Source: Ministeria vibrans ATCC 50519
Taxonomy: Eukaryota; Protista; Filasterea
Assembly: GCA_943704425.1 (NCBI GenBank)
Contig: CALSCP010001986.1
Span: 46,599-110,598 of the forward strand
Direction of reading: 5' to 3'
Length of the DNA: 64,000 nucleotides
Shown: in pieces, positions 53,814-64,000 of the stretch
Position numbering within the stretch: position 1 is the stretch's first letter
Layout: the number at the start of each line of letters is the position of its first letter
Notes under the pieces: model-generated
The model's database searches: none
What the model was told of the DNA's origin: nothing
Seen by the model: only the letters and a program-made list of their open reading frames with translations
Position numbers and translations under genes: made by a program

Positions 53814-54746
53814 ATGCTGCGTCGAAACCAAGGCCATCTTCTTCCGGAACCCACAGGCTCTCGATCACAATACTCGTCGTCAAGGTACATTGCAAGTTCT
53901 TTTTTTTTTTTTTTTGCTCCCTGGCTGTGTTGCTCTGCTCTTCCCAGTCGAAAGCGGCAGCGGGATTTCCACCGGGCTACGCCACACGCCGTTAAATAAT
54001 GGATGGTGTGTGTGTGTGTGTGGAACATGGGGTCTGCTGTAGTGTGGAACGAGCGACGCATTCTTCACGCTCTGCAGCACGCTTGGCGACACAGCGGCAT
54101 CCGATTGAGCATTGCTCACGATCCAGGGCACCTGTCCGATACCGCAACCCGGAGTATGCGTTGCGTAGCTTCTTTGCAGCTCGCTGTTTTCCTGGAAAAC
54201 TGTTTTTTAATAGGCTGTTTCAAACGCAAAGAGAGACGTGTGACCTTTTTGCCCGTCTCTGTTTTATTTGAAATGTTTTTTTTTTCTTACATTCGTTGTG
54301 CTTCGATGCCACATCAGTTGCTAAACTACCTTTCTCGCATTGTGTTTGTTGACGTAGCCGGCGCGGAAGGAGCCACACGTATGCGGTTGTGGGCGTGATT
54401 GCTCTGCTTCTTGTGGGCGTCTACTTTTTCAACCGTGGACTCAGCTCGAGCGCAACGACCGAGGTGCACTCGCAGGAGTCGTTGGACTTTCTTGAGTTTG
54501 AGCGACAGCTGGAGGCGAAGATGGCGCCCGAACACTTTCGTTTGATGCAGACACCGGAGTACAGAGAGCGCATGAAGGTATAGACAGTGGTGCGATAGAG
54601 TATGCCTCTGATGAATGAATGCCTTGTGGTGTTAGATCCAGGAGAAGGAGAACGAACGATTTGCTAAGGCGATGAAACGGCATAAGGAGAAGAAGCACGA
54701 AGGGTCAGAGAGGATAGAACATGTGGACGGTGAAGAGATCTCCTAA
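53814..54746 (+). CDS. Small type II membrane protein (about 133 aa), unknown function
   Basis: Exons 53814-53884, 54358-54577 and 54636-54746 join in frame: basic N-terminus, TM AVVGVIALLLVGVYFF, charged helix. Confidence 0.65.
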
Positions 54747-54896
54747 GACAAACCACACCGGAGCACACGAACAACTACACTCCTAGAAAAAGCAACAGTA
54801 CACACGCATCCAATTACATATGAGTGCCTCTATAGAAAGAAAAGAAGTAGATACAATATGTACACAATTGAAAGGGGTTGGGCATCAAGTGAGGCG

Positions 54897-55574
54897 CTAC
54901 TCTGGGATGGAGGCATCGAGGCACTGGTTGACGACGCGCAGGAGGTGAGCGTTTTCGAGGGCTGCTGCGACGCGTTCCTTGTCGCCCAATTGTTTGTTGA
55001 CTGAAAAAAAGACAACAAAAGAGTGAGACGGGGGAGTGAGACAACGCGAGGGCGGAACGCAAGAAGGTGAAATGCAACTGACCGGCCTCTTCGGACGCAT
55101 GAGTTCCCTTGCACACGGACACGTCGACTTTAAACCGATCAGGAAGACAACGAAGTAGACGCACACGGACGCTAAGACCTGAAGCAGAAGCAGAGAGTGG
55201 AGAGGGGGGTATGAGGAAACTCCAGAGGGAGAGGGGAAAGGCGAACCGATGAGAGTGGCCATGCTACAATGGGGAATGGTGGGCGTGAAGCGCACGTTGA
55301 CGTAGCCCTTCTGGTCGTCCACGTCGATGTCGGCCTCTTGCAGCACGTGGAGCTCTTCAAGCGAGAGAGGGTGCTCGGGGTCGTTGATGGTACGAATCAA
55401 GTCGAACACCTACGCACGGAGACGACGCTGTGGTGGTCAACACGGACAGGGCGCTGTGGGGCGAACCTCGCGTGCATCAACGGGGTCTCTGACGTTCTCG
55501 TCGAGTTCGGAATCATCCATAATGCGGCTGCCGAGAGGACGGAACACCGAGGGGGCTTCGTTTTCAAGGGACAT
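54897..55574 (-). CDS. CIAO2B: Cytosolic Fe-S assembly component MIP18/FAM96B
   Basis: [52 protein letters not shown]. Confidence 0.93.
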
Positions 55575-55706
55575 ACCAAAATGAGACTAAAGAAAAAATT
55601 ATAAAAGACTGAAAAATAAGTGAAAATCAAGACTTGGGTTGTGCTAGTTAGTTGTTGACTTGTTCCAGTATTCTTTCTTTCTATATTTTGCTTTGCAGTA
55701 CTCAGT

Positions 55707-56215
55707 ATGATCGAACAGCGAGAGTTTAGCGAGATGTGTGGCGATCGAATGGTTCACTTTCAGGTGCGGAAGAGAGAAGTGTGTTGGTTTCAGGGTTTAA
55801 CTGCTGTCTTTCATTACAGATACTCAAGCTTGATGCTGGTGTGTACGTATGGTTTGGGTGTGGTGCGTCCATGGCAGCGTTATCGGTGGCGTTGCCAACA
55901 AACGCAGTAGGCGGACACAGCAAAAACAGTGCGTTTCATGCTTGACGATGTTCTCAACCTAGGATGCCATGCCGGCGGCCTCCACGCTCCTTGGAAGGGG
56001 AACCGAGTCCCCCAGCACACTTCTTGCTCAAAAATTAGGTTCGGCACTTGATTTTGCAACGTGCGAGACTGACTGGGGATGTGAGTGTAGCCAAACGACT
56101 GCAGACACAGTGCTTTGTGAGTTGCAATCTTCCCGTGACAGAGCGAATGGTCTTTCCCATAGCGCAACGGCGGCTTATGGACGAGATTCGTGAATTGTTT
56201 CCGAACGCTCGATAG
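55707..56215 (+). CDS. PSMG4: Proteasome assembly chaperone 4
   Basis: Four exons: ...VHFQ|ILKLDAGVYVWFG...LSVALP|...STLLG...STLLAQKL|AKRLQTQCFVSCNL... Confidence 0.85.
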
Positions 56216-56480
56216 GAGTGTGAGAGGGGCTTGAGACGGACGATGAGCGTTTGAGAATATTATATTGTTGTATCATGGACTGACAGGAGAATGAAGTGTA
56301 CCGTGAGTGCACACTGGATGTGTACCTCACGCATTTGCTGCAGTTTGGCAGGTTGCTTGCTTGCTTCTCACTCAGCTCAGACAGCTGGTCGTTGTCCGCC
56401 CGTCGTTGCCCACTTATTGGAACTTGGAAGTTGTCATATTTAGTTGTGAGGTTGGGTTGTTGTTGTCATCAAATCACTCA

Positions 56481-56532
56481 TGAGTCATGACTCAAATGAG
56501 TCAAATCTCAATCACTCTTAACTCATTACTCA
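56481..56532. promoter_or_regulatory. Cluster of bZIP (AP-1/GCN4-type) sites
   Basis: TGAGTCA 56481-87, TGACTCA 56488-94, TGAGTCA 56497-503, TTACTCA 56526-32, immediately upstream of the ATG at 56547. Confidence 0.55.
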
Positions 56533-56546
56533 TAAACTAACTCAAT

Positions 56547-56646
56547 ATGGCTAACTTACGATTCGACGGAAAGGTCGCCCTTGTGACGGGTGCCGGCGGT
56601 GGTAGGAAGTCCGAGACGGAGGGAGGGAGGGAAAGTCATCCTGTCT

Positions 56647-56678
<32 letters not shown>

Positions 56679-57751
56679 CTGCGTATTTCAGGACTGGGAC
56701 GTACGTATGCCCTTTTGTTTGCCTCGCGAGGTGCCTCTGTTGTTGTGAATGATCTTGGTGGGTCCGCTCATGGCGAGGGACAATCGTCGCGGGCGGCCGA
56801 TGTGGTTGTGGAAGAGATTCGTGCGGCGGGAGGGACTGCCACTGCCAACTACGACTCGGTGGAGGACGGCGAGAAGCTCGTTCAGACGGCACTCGAGGCG
56901 TACGGACGCATTGACATTGTGGTGAACAATGCAGGCATCTTGCGCGACAAATCATTCGCCCGCATCTCCGATCAGGACTGGGGTACCATTGATCTTGATC
57001 ATGAGTTGCCCGTGCACTCCCACTGACACGGCTGCCTGTCGTAGACTTGATTCACCGCGTTCATCTGCGAGGGTCGTTTATGGTGACGCGAGCAGCGTGG
57101 GCACACATGAAGAAACAGGTAAGCGCACTCGTTCTTGTTCGTATTGAGAAAAAACAACAAACTCAAACGAGTTGCATTGAATAGAAATACGGTCGTATTA
57201 TTATGACAGCATCTGCGGCCGGCATCTACGGCAACTTTGGACAGGCAAACTACAGTGCAGCCAAGCTGGGATTGCTTGGACTGGCGAACACAGTGGCCAT
57301 TGAAGGGGCCAAGAGCAACATTTACTGCAACACCATCGCGCCAGTGGCCGGCAGTCGCCTGACCAAAACGGTGATGCCTGACGAGCTCATCAATGCGCTC
57401 AAGCCTGAATTTGTTGCACCTCTTGTCGCCTACCTGTGTCATGAGTCGTCGACAGCCAACGGCGCGCTTTTTGAGCTGGGTGCTGGCTGGTACTCTTCGC
57501 TGCGATGGCAACGCACCAAAGGAGTCTTCATCAAGGTATGTCTTCTTCCTGACCTTCCACATTGTGTAATTTTTTTTTCACTTCTGTTCTCTCAATTTTT
57601 CTCTCTCTCTCTCTCTTGTTCACTCTCCCTTCCTTCTCTCTCACATACATGCTTACTTCCTCTATCACTTTGTTTTCCTCTCTCTCTTTCTCTCTTGTTC
57701 ACTCTCCCTCCCTTCTCTCTCACATACATGCTTACTTCCTCTATCACTTTG

Positions 57752-57806
<55 letters not shown>

Positions 57807-57819
57807 CTTNNNNNNNNNN

Positions 57820-57916
<97 letters not shown>

Positions 57917-59071
57917 GCTCTCTCTCTCTCTTTTTCTTTTCTTTTTCCTGGCAGGGCAAAGCGGCCGACCGTGTTCCGACTATTGAAGAGATTGCGGGCA
58001 ACTGGACAGGAATTACGCAGTTTGACGGAGAGGCAGTGAATCCGACGCTCATCTCCGACTCGATGGGCATTATTATGGGGCATCTGGATGCGCTGGAGAC
58101 GAGTGGCTCGGCGGTGGATGTTTCGGCGGCGCTTCGTCACACGTTTGACGAGGAGTCCTTCTCTTACACCGAGCGCGATCTGGTTATTTATGCGCTGGGT
58201 ATTGGTGCATCGCCTGTGCGTCCGCGCGAGTTGCGCTTTATCTACGAAGGTGCCGACGACGGATTTGCGGCGCTACCGTCATTTGGGGTGATTGCAGCAC
58301 AGAGTGCTTTGGCACAAGTGATGAATGGCGTGTCAGGGATGGACTTCAACTTGACCCAGCTGCTGCATGGTGAGCAGTACCTGGAGGTGCGTGGGCGCAT
58401 TCCTACAAGTGCCACGCTCGTCAACCGCCCGCGTCTTGCGGCTGTCCTCGACAAAGGAAAGGGTGCCCTTGTGGTGCTTGATGTCGATACCGTTGACGAC
58501 CATGGCAATCTCGTCTTCTTCAACCAGTTTCAGCTCTTTATTCGTGGCATCGGTGGTTTTGGCGGTCCCAAGACGTCGCCCCGTCTCAAGGGCCAAGTAC
58601 CCACGCGAAAAGAAAAGCGTGCATGCTACTAACCTTTTTGTTTTTGTTTACTTTGCAAAGGGAATGGGGGAGATTCCAACGCGTGCGCCGGATGCGACTG
58701 CGCAGGACAAGACGGCGGAGACACAGGCGGCGCTGTACCGGCAGAGTGGCGATGCGAACCCGCTACATGTCGACGCTGACTTTGCGCGCATGTCAGGTTT
58801 TGACAAGCCCATCCTTCACGGTCTCTGCTCGTTTGGCTATGCTGCACGCCATGTGTTGCGTCACTTTGCAAACGACGATCCGTCACTCTTCAAGGCAATC
58901 AAGGTGCGCTTTGCTCGCCCCGTCTACCCTGGCGAGACCATCCAGACGGAGATGTGGCGCACCAGCGACACGACCGTTGCCTTCCGCTGTCGTGTCGTTG
59001 AGCGCAACGAAATTGTTCTCAGCAATGCCGCTGTTCAGCTCGAGCGCATTGTGCCTTCTTCCAAGCTTTAA
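56547..59071 (+). CDS. HSD17B4: Peroxisomal multifunctional enzyme 2 (single dehydrogenase plus hydratase-2, no SCP2, PTS1 SKL)
   Basis: [60 protein letters not shown], ending SSKL*. Confidence 0.95.
57612..57775. repeat. Two-copy, about 79-bp tandem duplication in an HSD17B4 intron, next to (CT)n and an N-gap
   Basis: TCTCTTGTTCACTCTCCCT...CACATACATGCTTACTTCCTCTATCACTTTGTTTTCC occurs twice. Confidence 0.85.
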
Positions 59072-59104
59072 TACAAGGAAACGAACAAACTCAAAAAAGA
59101 GAGG

Positions 59105-59144
<40 letters not shown>

Positions 59145-59402
59145 GAAACAAAGTGATAAGACAGAGAGCAGAGAGATGAATGATATATTGGTAATAATTA
59201 AGAATAATATAATTATTTTCTATTGATTATAATAATTATTATTATTAGAAGAAGAATACAACTTAATAATAATTATTATTAGTATTACTAATATTATAAT
59301 CTTTTTTATTGTTATTATTATTGTTATTATTATTGGAGACATTTCTAACTTTGAATATTCAATTATCAATATTCATTCTTTTCCACTTCAAAGATACAAA
59401 CG

Positions 59403-60442
59403 ATGCCCCTTCAAGCTGCTGCTGTCTTCGACGAGATCTCTGGTCGCATTGGCGACAGTCCTGAAATTGCCAAGAAGGTTGCTCTATTCGTATGTACAGC
59501 ATCGTCGCCAAACTCATCCCTCCTTGGCTACTGTGCGCCTGCTTTGGTGCTGCTTTGGTACAGATCAATGCCGTTTTTCACTGGATTATCACATCGGGTG
59601 GAAAGCCAGCGGGCGAGTGGACTGTGAACCTCAAGGGAGGCGCCAGTGTGAAGGCGGGCGCCCCCGATGCGGGCACCAAGGCAAACACGACTATTACGGT
59701 GTCCGACGACGACTTTGTCCAGCTGGCCATGGGCAAGGCGAACGCACAGAAGCTGTTTATGTCGGGGAAGCTCAAGGTAAGCAGAGGGGGGTTACACAAT
59801 CATCGTTTTACAGTATTGTTTTTTTTTCCTCTTCAGATCAAAGGCAACATCATGTTGGCGCAAAAGATGGGTGATCTGTTCAAAAAGGAGACGAACAAGG
59901 CGTTTGGCAGTGCAGAAGCCGCTGCGGCGAAGATCCAGGGCGCAAGTGGCGGAGGCGGCAGTGGACTGAAGGCGGAGGGAATCTTCGCGGAGATGGGCAA
60001 GCGTGTCGGCTCTGACCCGGCTCTGGCCAAGAAGGTCAATGCCATCTTTGAGTGGCACGTCAAGGGTGCTAACGGCAAAGAGGGTGTCTGGAGTAAGAGA
60101 GTCTTTGCGTGTGCTGATGTCTAAGTAGCTTCTGATGAATCGTATGCTGATGTGTAGCGGTCGATCTGAAGAGCTCGCCGGCGTCCGTCAAGAGCGGACC
60201 CGCATCACCCAAGGCGCAGTGTACGCTGAACTTGAGGTACGTAGTCATTACGAAGCAAACCCCTTGCTTCATTATCTCACTTTTCCTGACCTGTGTGGTG
60301 CAGCGATGATGACTTTGCGGCACTCGTTGCTGGCACAGCCAATGCTCAAAAGCTCTTCATGAGCGGCCGCTTGAAGGTCAAGGGCAATGTGATGCTGGCC
60401 CAAAAGTTGGGTGGTCTCTTTGCGACTCAGTCCAAATTGTGA
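59403..60442 (+). CDS. Tandem SCP2-SCP2 sterol/lipid carrier protein with PTS1
   Basis: Two repeats of KK(I/V)NA(V/I)F.W...WTV(N/D)LK...SDDDF...NAQKLFMSG(K/R)LK(I/V)KGN(I/V)MLAQK; ends QSKL*. Five exons. Confidence 0.92.
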
Positions 60443-60591
60443 AATAAATCACTTGACTTGCTTAATAGTGTTACAGTGTTACTAAGTTGAAAGTAATTCA
60501 GTTGCTGTCACTTGCTGAGTGCTCGCTCTTTCTTTTTTTTCATTTCCCAGCCCAAGTGCTCAATTTTGTTATTCACGTCGACTATCCCACA

Positions 60592-62328
60592 ATGAAGGTA
60601 CACAGGCTATGTTTTGCGTGTGTTTCGGTTGAACCGCGAGACATTTTTTTGTGGTTCGATAAGAAGAAACGCTTTCGATGCGACTCTCGTCTTTGAAGCA
60701 CATGCATCATCAACAAATAACATTCACTATGTGTTTACGAGTTGCCTGTTCCCCTGAAATGACTGGAAAGAGTTTATTTGGTTGCAAGTGTGAATATCAC
60801 GCATCTGCCCGCCCGTCTCTCACACAGCCACTATACACTTAGGATCCCATCTGTGTTTGTGTCACCGGTGCTGCCGGCCAGATCGCCTACTCGCTTCTCT
60901 ACAACATTGCCCGTGGCGACATTTACGGACTCGATCAGGTATGAGTCGTTTTTGTCACGCAATGCCAGTGTTCTTCTCCTGACCGCCTCGCATTTGCTGT
61001 GCCTTGCGCGGGTGATCATTGTCTTTATGTTGTTCTTCTGCCCACATTGCCTTGTGTGTGAGAGCTATCATCATCACATCCATCGGATGTCATGATCATT
61101 TATTCTTATTTTTTCTGTTTTTTTGTGACTCCTTCACTATAGCCCGTCATTCTGCACCTTCTGGACATCCCTCCTTTTATGGAGGTTGCCCGTGGTGTTG
61201 TCATGGAGGTAAATTAGAAGACTCCGTCTGTAGTGCAGACTTATCAATCTTCTCTGATCTCTCATCACAGCTCGAAGACTGTGCGCTGCCTCTGCTGAAG
61301 GGCTGCAAGGCAACTGCCGATGCCAAAGAAGCCTTCACGGGAGCCTCCGCTGCCATTCTTGTTGGTGCCATGCCACGGTATAAGACAAAGCTCAAGCTTG
61401 AACATAACAACTGACGGCATTTTACAGCAAGGAGGGTATGGAGCGTGCGGATCTTCTCAAGGCGAACGCCAAGATTTTCAAGACGCAGGGTGAGGTCATC
61501 AACGAAGTTGCCAGCAAGGTGAGTGTCATTGTAGAGTGCAAACGAGGTGTGACCAGACCTGACTTTACTTGTGCAGGACATCAAGGTTCTCGTGGTCGGC
61601 AACCCTGCGAACACCAACTGCCTCATCTGCATGGTAAGTACATTTATTTTCCCCTGGCTGTGTATCCTTCTTGGATAGCTCACCACTTATTTTCCTTTCG
61701 TAGACCTCAGCTCCGACCATTCCCAAGGAGAACTTTAGGTAAATTGTGACGATGATATTAATATTATTGTGCTTTTTTATGTTTTTGTTTGATTTTCACT
61801 GACCAGTCCCTTTCAGCTGCATGACTCGTCTGGACCAGAACCGTGCACGTGCCCAGGTATGCGCTGGCCTCTGGGCTTCGATATTTGCCTATACGATTAT
61901 TGATGCACACGCGGGTTGATTGCAGATTGCCATCAAGAGCGGACTGCGCACAGATCAGGTCAAGAGAGTTGTTATCTGGGGAAACCACTCGTTGACGCAA
62001 TACCCCGACACCTCCTTTGCTCTTGTCACTCGTGACGACGGTACCGTTGTCGATGCCGTTGCCGCAACCAACGACGCCGAATGGCTTCAGGGCGACTTCA
62101 TTAAAACTGTGCAGTCGCGTGGAGGAGCTGTCATTGCCGCTCGCAAGCTCAGCAGTGCCATGAGCGCCGCAAAGGCTATCATTGACCACATGCGCGACTG
62201 GATTCAAGGCTCGCCCGAAGGCGACTACGTCTCCATGGGTGTTCACTCCACCGGTGCCTATGGCATTGAGGTACAAAGGGATCACGACTGACAGAAAAGA
62301 TAATTATACGAAGTGATATATATATAAT

Positions 62329-62398
<70 letters not shown>

Positions 62399-62557
62399 NN
62401 NNNNNNNNNNNNNNNNNNNNNNNNNNNNNNNNNNNNNNNNNNNNNNNNNNNNNNNNNNNNNNNNNNNNNNNNNNNNNNNNNNNNNNNNNNNNNNNNNNNN
62501 NNNNNNNNNNNNNNNNNNNNNNNNNNNNNNNNNNNNNNNNNNNNNNNNNNNNNNNNN

Positions 62558-62634
<77 letters not shown>

Positions 62635-62881
62635 AAGAAACAAAGTGATAGAGAGGGAGACTTGGCCAGCAAACAATTACTGAACATTGGCGACGAATTT
62701 GACATTCTTCATCTCTATTTAGGCTGGCCTCATTTACTCCTTCCCTGTCGTCTGCAAGGACGGCAAGTACACCATTGTGGAGGGACTGGAGATCAGTGAC
62801 TTCTCTCGGGCCAAAATGGATGCAAGTGCAACGGAGCTCTCAGCCGAGAAGGAGACTGCCCTCAAATTCATTGTCGAATGA
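60592..62881 (+). CDS. MDH1: Cytosolic malate dehydrogenase
   Basis: MK|[74 protein letters not shown]. Many short exons; N-gap in the last intron. Confidence 0.96.
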
Positions 62882-63088
62882 TCAAAATACAGTTGTACTA
62901 TTTTTTTTTCATTCGTTGTTTTAGTTAGATCATCAAGTCGCACGTAAGCGCGATTTTTGCGACTTGAGTATAATACTGGCTGCGTCTTCGCGTGGTGACT
63001 GTATCATTAATAAAAGGGTCATGAATATTCTTAATCTTGTATAATCTATTCTTCTTCAATTTTTTTGGTGGATCCGGCTTTAGTCCAA

Positions 63089-63830
63089 GGTATGGCTGGG
63101 ACGGCGGATGCGGACAGTACCCGATTTGAAGCCGACACAGCTCTGCCAGCGCAGCCACAAGGTTTGTGATGGGAATCGTAATTCATTTTCAGGAACCATT
63201 TGTTTTTGCAGAGCGTGAAAGCTCGCTACCTCCCTCATCTGCATCTATATATTGTAGTCTAGTAAGTCTACCGGTCTCCGAATGTCGAAGGCATCTCTAT
63301 TCTGTGTATCAGGAATTCGACCCAGGTCGACATTTTCGCAGATTACCACCAGATGAGTCGATAAGGGGTGGTTTTGTTCGCCTCTTCGCTAACTTGAGAA
63401 GTGTCAGCAATACGAGCATTCCCAATGATCTAATAGAGCGTGACGTTGATGTTACAACTAAGCACCAGATGCTGGTCGCTAAATTTCAAGCCTGCTTTGG
63501 ATATTACGACCGTTCTTCCTGTAACATCATAATAACCATTGATGCCACAGTAAGCAAAACTTTTTATTTCTCTTGCGATTAAGTGTAGCAATCATTTTCG
63601 TTCTCATCCATTTAGATATTCAGATTACACAACGTCAGTTATGATTAATTACGGATCAATGTAAGCTCAGAAAAAGTGTATTTTCTCTCCCTTGATCTCC
63701 CCCTTTTCTTTCAGAGACAACGATTGAAGCCCTTCGTACGTGAGCCCATGTCGACCCCGATGAATTTTTTTCCTTCATTCCTTCGCTTTAATCATGTAAA
63801 TAATTCAATAATTGTAAAAACAATCCATTG
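63089..63830 (+). other. Possible spliced transcript or degenerate gene of lower GC
   Basis: Intron-like GTAAGC...TTTAG (63550-63616) and GTAAGC...TTTCAG (63661-63714); no recognisable protein. Confidence 0.3.
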
Positions 63831-63891
63831 AGCGCTCCGCTATTCGATCTGTAATAGTACACGTTTCAGGCTTTTAGTTCTGCGTGAGCAG

Positions 63892-64000
<109 letters not shown>

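Noticed and set aside
62879-62947. MDH1 stop-codon readthrough to a cryptic PTS1, as in vertebrates
   Set aside because: The context is TGA-TCA rather than TGA-CTA, and the 21-codon extension ends SRT, which is not a recognised PTS1.

Overview
Gene-dense eukaryotic nuclear DNA in the standard code, with GC-rich exons, mostly short (about 50-100 nt) GT-AG introns, AT-rich intergenic spacers of about 100-250 bp, and many (GA)n/(AAT)n/polyT tracts. There are three N-gaps. Gene content (class I PI3K, Mnt, KCNQ, CPLANE1, GTSE1-like, P4HTM-like, PACRGL) suggests a flagellated unicellular holozoan, but this is inference. I reconstructed about 29 spliced genes by hand; several (DCTN5, SS18L2-like, PSMG4, a Sec23-family gene) are invisible or fragmented in the ORF track. 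Highlights: (1) the transcription-coupled repair genes ELOF1 and ERCC8/CSA lie in tandem 145 bp apart; (2) the BET gene has a BRD4-like short/long isoform switch at one splice donor; (3) peroxisomal MFE-2 ends in SKL and is followed by a separate tandem-SCP2 gene also ending in SKL, then MDH1, with a triple AP-1 site upstream; (4) clear homologues of KCNQ, CPLANE1, Mnt (with SID) and P4HTM (with RVEL); (5) two chimeric junctions (a Sec23-like fragment replacing the KDLxxNH motif of LeuRS, and PACRGL joined to DCXR) that are most likely misassemblies at simple repeats. All family assignments come from recalled motifs, not database searches.
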